From: an uncultured delta proteobacterium
GTDB taxonomy: Bacteria > Desulfobacterota > Binatia > Binatales > Binataceae
Direction: 5' to 3'
Assembly (NCBI GenBank): GCA_963842085.1
Contig: CAWJET010000001.1
Coordinates: 2,848,001 to 2,912,000 of the forward strand
DNA: 64,000 nt
Part shown: positions 30,510-39,643 of the stretch, piece by piece
How positions within the stretch are numbered: the first letter of the stretch is position 1
How the letters are laid out: each line of letters starts with the position of its first letter
Translations under genes and position numbers: made by a program
The notes under the pieces: model-generated
Database searches by the model: none
Seen by the model: only the letters and a program-made list of their open reading frames with translations
What the model was told of the DNA's origin: nothing

Positions 30510-31706
30510 TTAGATGATACTACGCCGCCGCAGTTCTGACAGCCGCGAAGTATCGTATCCCAGCACGCTCGACAGCACCTCGTCGGTGCCCTCGCCCAGC
30601 CGCGGCGCGCGCGTCGACGGGACATCGGTATCGCCAGTGCTCTTGAGCGGCGAGCCCGGCACGATCAGGCCGTCGAACTCCGGATGCTCCGCGTGCAGGA
30701 TCATGTTGCGCGCTGCCAGATGCGGATCGCGGGTGACTTCCTCGACGTTGGCGATCGGTGCGCACGGCACCGACGCGTCGGCCAGCACGCGCAGCCAATG
30801 ATCGCGTGGCCGCGTTGCGAAGATGCGCGCGAGTATTGCCTCGAGTTCCGGATGGTGCGCGGTGCGATTTGCGTTGGTGAGAAATCGCGGGTCGTCCTTG
30901 AGCTGCGGCATCGCGATGGCGTCGCAGAAGCGCCGCCAGATCGCCTCGTTGCCCGCGCCCATCACAAAGTAGTCGTCGGCCGCGTGAAACTGCTGAAACG
31001 GCGTGATCGACGGATGCCGCGTGCCGAGCCGCCCCGGAATTCTGCCCGACACCGAGTAGCGCGCGAGCGCGTCCTCGAGCATCGCGACCTGGCAATCGAG
31101 CATCGCGATATCCAGGTGATTGCCGAGGCCGTCGCGGTCGCGCACCCGCAAAGCCGACATGATCGCAATCACCCCGTACAGCGCCGCCGACAGGTCGCCG
31201 ATCGACACGCCGCATCGCACCGGCTCGCCGCCCGGATTGCCGGTGATGCTCATGGTGCCGCCGAGCGCTTGCGCCACGATGTCGTAGGCGGGCGCGGAAG
31301 TGTTGGGCCCGCTCTGTCCGAAGCCCGAAATCGAGCACAAAATGATCTTCGGATTGGCGGCCTTAAGCCGCGCATAGCCGAGCTTGAAACGATCCATCGT
31401 GCCCGGCGAGAAATTCTCAACCACTACATCCGATTTTGCCGCCAGCTCGAGAAAGACCGCCGCCCCCGCTTCGATCCGCAGGTCGAGCGTGATACTGCGC
31501 TTGCCGCGATTGACGCTGTAGAAGTAGCCGGAGTCGCCCGACGGCATCATCGGCGCGAAACCGCGCGAGTCGTCGCCGCGGCCTGGTAGCTCGACTTTGA
31601 TCACCTCGGCGCCCAGGTCCGCCAGGTTCATCGTGCAGAACGGACCCGCCAAAACGCGCGTCAGATCCAGCACGCGGACCCCGCGCAGCGGCTGTTGATC
31701 GATCAT
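30510..31706 (-). CDS. CoA-transferase family III (CaiB/BaiF)
   Basis: VLAGPFC..LADLGAEVIKVE, NRGKRS, SIGD. Confidence 0.95.
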   Translation of the reverse strand: MIDQQPLRGVRVLDLTRVLAGPFCTMNLADLGAEVIKVELPGRGDDSRGFAPMMPSGDSGYFYSVNRGKRSITLDLRIEAGAAVFLELAAKSDVVVENFSPGTMDRFKLGYARLKAANPKIILCSISGFGQSGPNTSAPAYDIVAQALGGTMSITGNPGGEPVRCGVSIGDLSAALYGVIAIMSALRVRDRDGLGNHLDIAMLDCQVAMLEDALARYSVSGRIPGRLGTRHPSITPFQQFHAADDYFVMGAGNEAIWRRFCDAIAMPQLKDDPRFLTNANRTAHHPELEAILARIFATRPRDHWLRVLADASVPCAPIANVEEVTRDPHLAARNMILHAEHPEFDGLIVPGSPLKSTGDTDVPSTRAPRLGEGTDEVLSSVLGYDTSRLSELRRRSII

Positions 31707-31847
31707 CGATGGTTATCCTCGTGCAAGGCTTGCCCGGCCCGGCTGAATGTTAAAGCTATACTTTAAGTGGAGCGTCAATTTCCGGCGCGGCCGATCTGGA
31801 CGCATCGTAGCCGACTGAGGTTACCGAGAGAAACCCTTCGAGTGCGG

Positions 31848-33026
31848 CTAGCGGCGGCGGGTTCGTGCTTCGCGGGCTCGCATCGCCTCGGCCGGTGTCA
31901 TTATCAGGCGCGGTTCTTCCTCGGCCTTCTGCTGCTCGGCCGCAGCGACCGTGCCGAGCTGGGTGCGGATGAAGGCCTGAAAGAAAAGTACCTTGGTCAC
32001 GTCGATTCCGTCGCGAAGACGCGCCGCTGCCGCCGCGGCCCATCCGGCCTGCGTGCGGCGTCCAACCCGCGCGAGATAGTACGCGATATCCTCGAGCCGT
32101 CGCCGGATTCGCCGGCCGTTGTCGCCCGACAACAGCTCGGCGGTCGCGCGATCGATTACGGCGTTCACGCGCTCCTGCTTGTGGAGCGGACTCATGACGA
32201 TCACGCTTTCACCGGCGCGTGCAATCTCGTCGACGTAGGGTTTGAGGAGCATGTCGGGGATGCGCCATTCGAGCAATTCCGGCTCCTTGAGCAGCTCGAC
32301 CGACGGCTCGCCGGCGGTCTCGGCGGCAAGCTCGTCATAGATGGGATGGAGCAGCTCGGTCGGCGGTGGCGATGCGATCAACTCGGAGCGCAACGTGAGA
32401 AAGTTTCCGACCTGGCCGCGGCGCGAGTCGGGGGTGTTGCGCCAGGCCTCGCACGCGATGAAGTCCGCGACCCGCCAATCGGCATCGACCAGCTTGACCT
32501 GCGCGCGGCGCTCGAGTTCGTCGCGTTCGGATTTCAGTTCGCGGCGCGACAGCCCGGTGTTCTGCGCGCCGACGAGGCCGTCGCGCTCGGAGATGAGCGC
32601 CCACATCCGGATTACGCCGCCCTGCACGCGCGGCTTGACGAGCCAGACGATGCGCGCGCCTTCGCCGTCGATCGGCGACAGCATCGCAGTTATTTCACTT
32701 TTTTCAGTGGCGTTGTCGTGCGGGGTATGTGCCACTTGAGCACTGGATTCGGGCGCTTCGATGCCGTGATGCTTCAGCTTGTAGAGCGCGCGGCGGACTT
32801 CACGACGAAGTGCGCCGGCCGCGCCAGCTTCCATTTGAGCGAGCATCGCAGCGGCGCGCGCATCCGCAATGTTGCCGAGGGCGCGCGCGATTGCGAGATC
32901 AGTGATGCCGGGCTTTCCCTTGAGCTCGCGCAGTTTCGCAATCGCGTCGCCGGGCGCGAGTGAAGGATCGAAGCCTGCCTCGAGCAGCTTCGTGTCGTCC
33001 GGATTCGTGTCGGGTGAACTGCTCAA
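31848..33026 (-). CDS. Hypothetical helical protein (HEAT-like N-terminus)
   Basis: 392-aa ORF with genome-like codon usage; ARALG/RRALYKL helices; sigma70-like promoter upstream. Confidence 0.75.
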   Translation of the reverse strand: MSSSPDTNPDDTKLLEAGFDPSLAPGDAIAKLRELKGKPGITDLAIARALGNIADARAAAMLAQMEAGAAGALRREVRRALYKLKHHGIEAPESSAQVAHTPHDNATEKSEITAMLSPIDGEGARIVWLVKPRVQGGVIRMWALISERDGLVGAQNTGLSRRELKSERDELERRAQVKLVDADWRVADFIACEAWRNTPDSRRGQVGNFLTLRSELIASPPPTELLHPIYDELAAETAGEPSVELLKEPELLEWRIPDMLLKPYVDEIARAGESVIVMSPLHKQERVNAVIDRATAELLSGDNGRRIRRRLEDIAYYLARVGRRTQAGWAAAAAARLRDGIDVTKVLFFQAFIRTQLGTVAAAEQQKAEEEPRLIMTPAEAMRAREARTRRR

Positions 33027-33051
33027 ATTCGATGCCGTGCGAAATCGTGGG

Positions 33052-33081
33052 AGCCTATGCGCGCGCTTAGCGAAGTGTCAA
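33052..33081 (-). promoter_or_regulatory. Sigma70-like promoter
   Basis: TTGACA-18 bp-TAGGCT upstream of 33026. Confidence 0.55.
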
Positions 33082-33116
33082 GTTTTTCACGGTAAGGCCG
33101 TCGCGATCAACGAAAC

Positions 33117-33623
33117 ATGAAGAACCTCGAAGCGAAGTTCCGGCTCGCCAATCATGCCGACGCCCAGGCGCGGGCGACCGCGCTCGGATACTCGCGGCGC
33201 GCGCTACTAAATCAGCGTGACACATTTTTTCGCGTCGCCAACGGCAAGCTGAAGCTTCGCGAGGAAAATGGCAGCGCCGTTCTAATCTACTATCGGCGGG
33301 TCGAAAGCGGGTCGCTGATGCTGAGCAACTACGAGATTCTGCCGGTCGCAGACCCGGTGCGCACACTGCGAATGCTCGAACATGCGCTCGGCACGCTCGC
33401 CGTGGTCGAGAAAGTGCGGACCCTGATGACGCGCGACAACGTGCGGCTGCATCTCGATCGCGTCGCGAGGCTCGGAGACTTCGGCGAGATCGAGGCGGTG
33501 ATAGCCGACGGCGACGACCCCGAGCGAAGCCGCGATGCGGTGGACGAAATCCTCGCGGTGCTCGGAGTGACGCAACCCGATCTGATCGACGTGTCGTACT
33601 TCGAGATGCTGGCAAAGCGTTAG
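33117..33623 (+). CDS. CYTH domain protein (class IV adenylate cyclase-like)
   Basis: ExExK-like NLEAKF, QRDTFF, LKLRE, HLDRV..LGDFGEIE, SY..ML. Confidence 0.9.
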   Translation: MKNLEAKFRLANHADAQARATALGYSRRALLNQRDTFFRVANGKLKLREENGSAVLIYYRRVESGSLMLSNYEILPVADPVRTLRMLEHALGTLAVVEKVRTLMTRDNVRLHLDRVARLGDFGEIEAVIADGDDPERSRDAVDEILAVLGVTQPDLIDVSYFEMLAKR

Positions 33624-33677
33624 GCGCGTATCCAAGGCGCGACGGCTTCGCTCGCCGCGAACGAATAGAGCGGCGGG

Positions 33678-34094
33678 CTAGCTGGTGCGGTAGCTGGGCG
33701 ACGAATGGTTGTGCCGGTTCAACATCGACTTGATCCGCTGCCAGGTCATGCTGCTGCGCGTGCGAGCATCCGGTGAATCCGATTCGATCAGGTTCGCCAG
33801 GGCCGTGCGGCGCAGAATATCGACGCTCTCGCCGATGTCCGGGTTGCCTGCTTGCCGCTCCTTGGGTTTCGTGGCTTCGCGAATCTGGCGCAAGAGGAAC
33901 AGCACGTCCTCCTTGCAAGTCAAAGTTCCAAGCAGAGATCCGCGGGCCAATTCGAGGAGCTCACGTGCCGTCACGCCGAGGGCCTCGACAGTCTTGCGGT
34001 CGGCACAAAACTCTTCGAAAACTTTACCCTGAGTCGAGCGACGGGTGTGAAGTCTCCTGGTCCCTGATTTCCTGGCGAATTCAAGTACTGGCAT
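33678..34094 (-). CDS. Hypothetical protein within inserted cassette
   Basis: 138-aa ORF with GGAAG upstream of ATG and AT-rich upstream region. Confidence 0.55.
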   Translation of the reverse strand: MPVLEFARKSGTRRLHTRRSTQGKVFEEFCADRKTVEALGVTARELLELARGSLLGTLTCKEDVLFLLRQIREATKPKERQAGNPDIGESVDILRRTALANLIESDSPDARTRSSMTWQRIKSMLNRHNHSSPSYRTS

Positions 34095-34381
34095 CTGCTT
34101 CCGATCCTATTAACTCAAATTGTGAATTTTTAACTACTTCTAGTTATATAGCATCTACACATGTTGAACATCTGTCAAGCATAACACGCCATCTTCATTT
34201 AATCTTAGCTATCACTATTAGGCATTTGACGCGGAAATCAAAGCGATGGTCTGTAGGCGCTTAAAGAAGCGCAAAAGCAGCTATAGCGACACCCCGGTAA
34301 GCGGCAACCTGCTCGCATGCCAAGTGAACGGGTCGCAGGCTGACCCTTCGCCGGCTGAACGCAAGCAGCAAACTGGGAAAC

Positions 34382-34496
34382 CTCGGCGACTCGGGTCCGG
34401 TGATATCGCGACGACCTGAGTCAGCGTGGCGCGGTGGACGAAATCCTGGTGGCGCTCCTGATCAACGTTTCGTACTTCGAGATGCTGGCGAAGTAG
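34382..34496 (+). pseudogene. Degenerate duplicate of the CYTH gene 3' end
   Basis: 17-bp identity GCGGTGGACGAAATCCT plus a 33/36 block encoding LINVSYFEMLAK* versus LIDVSYFEMLAKR*. Confidence 0.85.
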
Positions 34497-34512
34497 ACGC
34501 TCCCCGACACAC

Positions 34513-35025
34513 CTAGAACATTGAGCCCGGCTGGACCCAGATCATGTTGTTGATTTGTTTGTTGGGATAAACCGACGAAGCGACGTTGGCAGCGCGATCC
34601 TTGTCGGCTTGGCCGGTGACCTGGCCCGAGAGATAAACGTAAGGACCGACCACTTTCACCTGCACGTCGTTGAAGCCGTTACTCTGAAGCTGCAGCTCGA
34701 TACGCTCCTCTTCTTGGTACCACTTGCCGGTCTTGGTGCGCAGGTTGTCGACCACTGAACTGACGCCGGGCACTCCGTTTGCAACCTGCTCCGCCAGCGC
34801 ACGATCCCTATCGTCGAAGACCGCGCCGTAAAGCACGACCACACCTTCCGCCGCCGTGTATGCCTTTGCGCCGGTGAGCCGGTCATTGCTTCGCAGGACG
34901 GCGTTCACCCGGTTCATCAGCGCCGCCTCGCCCTCAGCCCGCGCCATCGATGCGACGCCGGTTATGGTCACAATCAAAACGGCAATTGCCAGGAATGTTC
35001 TTGATTCGAGGCGCGGCTGCCTCAT
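34513..35025 (-). CDS. BON domain protein (two BON domains)
   Basis: Signal peptide; GVVVLYGAV..A..VPGVSSVVDNL; VYLSGQV. Confidence 0.85.
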   Translation of the reverse strand: MRQPRLESRTFLAIAVLIVTITGVASMARAEGEAALMNRVNAVLRSNDRLTGAKAYTAAEGVVVLYGAVFDDRDRALAEQVANGVPGVSSVVDNLRTKTGKWYQEEERIELQLQSNGFNDVQVKVVGPYVYLSGQVTGQADKDRAANVASSVYPNKQINNMIWVQPGSMF

Positions 35026-35180
35026 CCACTTGGCTCCCATCATCGGGAATTTCCAAAGCACGGGCGTATCAGCTACCCAGTCGCGCAGGTTGGATCAAGA
35101 TCGATGAAGCGCTCACAATCTCGCGGCTCACTTGTCGCCGCCCACCTTTTGCACGACAGGGGCGGCAGGGCTCTCGGACG

Positions 35181-38100
35181 CTACTTGCTCAGCTCGTCGA
35201 GCAGGGCCTTGGCGTCTTTCAGGTCGGGGGTGTCGAAGCCCTCGGTAAACCAGTTGTAGATGTCGGCGAGCATCGCGCGCGCCTCGTCGCGCTTGCCTTG
35301 CTGGTCGAGTAATCGCACGAGGCTGGCAGTCGCGCGGAGTTCCCACGATTTCGCTTTCTGTCGGCGCGCAATTTCGATCGCGGTGCGGAAGGATTGCTCG
35401 GCTTGCGCGGCATTCGATGCGTCCTGCGCCAGAATCAGTTCGCCATTGAGCCGATGCACTTCGGCTTCATAATACCGTTGGCCGGTTCGCTCGATTAGTC
35501 GCACTGACTCGTCGATTGTGCGAAGACCCTCATCGAATCGCCCTATTCGGCCCAAGGCGGTCGCAATGAGGGCGAGATAATGGTCGCAAAAGATCTCGTA
35601 GCCGGCGGCCAGCGCTTTCGATGTATGGTCTCTGATCCGGGCGACGCCGCTCTCAAGGTTGCCGGCCATTGCATCTGCCCAACCAAGGTAAATTGTGGAG
35701 TGGGGATCGTACTCCCTCGACTCGGTCGATAGTTTCAACGCTGCTTCTGCCTGCTCTCTCATTTGCTCAAAGTCACGGCGAAATTCAAAAAACGTGGCGG
35801 CAAAGTTGTGTCCCACTTTCACGATCGTCTTGAACCCGGATTCGCGCGCGATCTCAGTCGCAATGCTTACTTGCTCCAGTGCCCGGTCCGGGTAGCCCAG
35901 GAACCACTGGTCCCATGCCGTTATGATTCCGGTGGTCACTTGATCATAGAGCAGCATCCAACTCTTGGCTTGAGGCAGCTTCGCGACGGAGTCCAGCAGC
36001 GCCATCGCCCGGCCCTGGTCTGGGGCGGCGAGCTCGAAATCGCCCGAGAGGATCCTCGCAAAGCCCGATGAGCCGATCGCATCCGCAATAAGCAGTGGAT
36101 TGCCGGATTCCTCGGCCACTGCAATCATCTCGGGTGCTATCTCGCACGCCTTGCGCACGTCTCCACGGACAATCCGCACTTGGTAGAATCCAGTGAGCGC
36201 CCCCCATCTCTTTTCCGAGTTGATTCCGGGCCGTCGGCAAAGCTCAACCGCGCGCATATACGACTGTTCCATTTCGAGTGAGGCCGCGCCCTCTATGGCA
36301 AACAATGCCTCGAAGGCTGCGTTCCTGAGGTCCAACTCCAGTTCGGCGCGTTGGTCGTCATCGGGGAGCTTCTGCAACTGTTCTAGTCCGGTCTCGAACT
36401 GCGCGAGCGCTTCGGCCCTGGCCCCGCGGACGGCGCACTGCTGAACCGTGCGCAGGCAGTAATGAACAGCCTTGCGGGGATTGCCGCTGCGCGCGTAGTG
36501 ATGCGCCAGCTCGGCGACGTGGTCGTCGAGGCTCTCGGCATAGATCGACTCCATCGCGGTGCCGATACGCTCGTGCAACTGCTTGCGCCGCTCCGTCAGC
36601 ACCGAGTTGTAGGCGACGTCATGGGTCAGCGCGTGCTTGAAGGTGTACTCGATGTCGCCGACTGCTGGTTGCTCGTAGATAAACTCGCCGAGCTGGAGTT
36701 GGGAGAGCATCGGCTCCAACTCCGGTCCGGGCTTCGCCGCCACTTTACGCACCAGCTCGAGTTTGAACTCTGTGCCGATGATAGCCAGCGTCTGGAGCAG
36801 GTCTTTGTGGTCGGACGCGAGCCGGTCGATGCGCGCGGCGAGAATCGCCTGCACCGTAGGCGGGATCTTGAGTTCGTTGAGAGCCTTGGTAAGCCTTACC
36901 GTTCCGTTGCGCTTAAGCGCCCCGTCGTCGAACAGCACCAGGACCGTCTCTTCCATGAAGAATGGATTGCCCTCCGTGCGCTCGATGATCAGGCGCTTGA
37001 GTGGCGCCAGATCCTTGCCGTCACCGAGCAGCGCGGTCAGCATCTCGCCAGCGCTCTCCTTGCCGAGCGGGTCGAGCCGCAACTGCGTGTAGTAAGTCTT
37101 GCTATTCCACTGATGCGAGTATTCGGGCCGATAGTTAACCAGCAGCAGAATCTTCGCGGTGCCGATTGAGTCGGCGAGCAGATTGAGCAATGCCTGGGTG
37201 CCCTCGTCGATCCAGTGGAGGTCCTCAAAGATAATCATCAGCGGCTGGTTAAGGCTCTCCCGCAAAATGATGCGTTTGATCGCGTCGAGCGTGCCGCGCC
37301 TGCGGGTTTGTGGGTCCATTTGCGCGAGCGGGTCCGGCGCGTCTGCGATTCCGAGCAGGCTATAGAGGTAGGGAATCGTGCCCTCGAGCTCGCGATCGAG
37401 AATCGCGATTCGGCCAGCAATTTTCTCGCGGCGGGTGCGCTGGTCATCCTGCGACGCAATCTTGAAGTAGCTGTGCAGCAGGTCAATCACCGGAAAGTAG
37501 GACGACGCCTTGCCGTGGGAGACCGAGAAGGCCTCGAGCACCATCCAGCCCGCAGCGCCGGTGGCCTTGAATTCGAACATCAGGCGCGACTTGCCGACCC
37601 CGGCCTCGGCCATTGCGGCCACGATCTGCCCGCGCCCGGCCTTGGCTTGCTCCGCCGCGGCCTTCATCGCAGGGTCAAGGGCGTCAGCGAGCCGGTCAAC
37701 GTTTATGAAGTGACGGGACTTGGTCCGCTGCGCACGCGCCTGCAAAGATCGGCGGGACGCGGGCTGACTAAGTTCGTCGGCCGCCAACGCGAGATGGACG
37801 CGGTCGGCGCGAGCGCCTGCATCCGCGAGGCCAGATTGGTGGTGTGCCCGATCGGCGTGTATTCAGTGTGTCCCTCGCCGGTTGCGATCGATCGAACGAC
37901 CACCTCGCCGGTGTTCACGCCGACCCGCACTTCGAGCGGCAAGTTGCCAGTCTCGCGCAATCGCGCCGAGTAGCGCTTCAGTTCATCTTGCATGCGCAGC
38001 GCCGCGTACAGTGCGCGCTGCGGATGGTCCTCGTGCGCGACCGGGGCGCCGAACAGGGCGAAGATGCCGTCGCCGGTCGATTGCACGATGTATCCGTCGT

Positions 38101-38488
38101 ACCGGCGAACCGCGTCGATCATCAGCTTCAATGCCGGATCGACAATCGCGCCCGCTTCTTCGGGGTCGAGGTCCTGCTCCAGCTCGGTCGAGCCCTTGAT
38201 GTCCGCGAACAGCGCCGTGACCGTCTTGCGCTCGCCCTCGAGCGCGGCGGAGTCGGCTATGGCTTGTTCCGGCGCGACACGAACGCGATCGGGCGAGATG
38301 GGTGATGTCGAAGCATTGGAGGCGGCCGCGCCGCGCGCACCGAGTGCAGTGGCACATTGCGCGCAGAATTTCGCATCAGGCGCGTTAAGATGAGCGCACT
38401 TCGGACAGGCCAGACTCAGTGGCGTCGCGCACTGATTGCAGAAACGCGAGCCCGCGGCGTTGTCCGTACCGCACTTCGTGCAACGCAT
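35181..38488 (-). pseudogene. Double zinc ribbon - class III nucleotide cyclase - AAA ATPase - TPR protein, split by an internal inversion
   Basis: 5' part CxxC x4, FADIKGST, TGDG, NLASR; 3' part AEAGVGKS, IFEDLHW, TPRs, FTEGFDT; halves are in different frames and the linker is on the opposite strand at 37671-37802. Confidence 0.85.
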
Positions 38489-38579
38489 CGTTTTGCCTCT
38501 CTTTGATGGAGCGCGACCACTCTCTCCTTTATCATCGGGGTTCGCCAGCGACCAACAAGAGCCAGGCGAGGAGGCGCAC

Positions 38580-39614
38580 TCAGATGGAAGCGCGGAAGAT
38601 AGCGTCGGCGCCGGTGGATTTGAGCGCCGAGTCCACGAATTCACGATCGGCGGAGCTTAGAGCCTCGCGATCTTCGCGCAGCCATTGCAGACATTTGCCC
38701 TGGTAGGGGAAAGGCTGCTGCACCCACCCGCGGCCGTCGATCTCGCATCGCACTTCGCTTGCATGGCTCGCGAGCGCATGGGCGTTGGCGAGCAGAAAGG
38801 GAGCATAGACGCGGCCTACCTCGATCAGGAACGGGCGCAGCGTGACGACGGCATCCTCGCGCCGGAGCCATCCGGCGTCTTCGACTTCGAGCGACGAGAG
38901 GTCGTCGAGATGCGAGACCCAGGAGACGACGCGCGGATGCTCGGCGGCGGCAATTGCGGCGGGCGTGGGATCGAAATGGGCAAGCTGGCTCAACTGCCCG
39001 AAGAAGCCGAAGTCGCTCGCGCCCGGCCGCGCGCCCATGAGGAATCGATGCCCGGCGACCAGATGCGAATCAAGCAGGCCGAGGATGCGGCGGTAGCTGG
39101 CCTCGATGACGGGCGTCGTCACCTCGTTCGAGCCGACCACGCGCAGTCGTTCGATTTGACGATCGGCAATGTAGCTGGACATCTTCGCCAGCGTCTCGCG
39201 ACTCATGAGCGGATTGCGGTCGAGCGCGAGCACGTGCGAGGCCTTGTGGATGTCGGCCGCGTATTTCCATCGGTAGTGGAACATCGGCTTGGTGAGCCAT
39301 TCGTCAGCGTAGTCCTCGAGCAGTGCGTCGAGAAACGCGAGCGCGGGATCAGGCGGGACGATGGAACGCGCGGCGAACATCTTTTCGAGCCGCCTGATTT
39401 GAAACGTCGAGTCGATCATCGCGTCGTCGGTGCGCCCACCCTCGCCGGGGAAGACGAGCACGGGGATTAACGCGACAGGAACGTCAGGAATGCCGAGGTC
39501 CTCCGGCGAGCCGCGCATTATCCACGTGAATGTGATCCGCCGAAAGCGCAACACGGCGCGCATCTTGCGCGAGTAGGGCGAGCCGAATCCGCCGACCAGC
39601 TTCAATGGGGTCAT
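38580..39614 (-). CDS. Glutathione S-transferase family protein
   Basis: GSPYSRK, IPVL, IDST, FLMG.RP..SDF; start at MTPLKL. Confidence 0.85.
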   Translation of the reverse strand: MTPLKLVGGFGSPYSRKMRAVLRFRRITFTWIMRGSPEDLGIPDVPVALIPVLVFPGEGGRTDDAMIDSTFQIRRLEKMFAARSIVPPDPALAFLDALLEDYADEWLTKPMFHYRWKYAADIHKASHVLALDRNPLMSRETLAKMSSYIADRQIERLRVVGSNEVTTPVIEASYRRILGLLDSHLVAGHRFLMGARPGASDFGFFGQLSQLAHFDPTPAAIAAAEHPRVVSWVSHLDDLSSLEVEDAGWLRREDAVVTLRPFLIEVGRVYAPFLLANAHALASHASEVRCEIDGRGWVQQPFPYQGKCLQWLREDREALSSADREFVDSALKSTGADAIFRASI

Positions 39615-39643
39615 CGTTTGCGTCAAGTAGTCACCCGTGCGCG

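Noticed and set aside
34330-34385. c-di-GMP riboswitch-like GCAAAC..GAAA motif
   Set aside because: Required paired stems and tetraloop receptor are not evident
37671-37802. Phase-variable invertible switch inside the cyclase gene
   Set aside because: Only 3-bp inverted ends, no recombinase nearby, and the flanking halves are out of frame whichever way the segment faces
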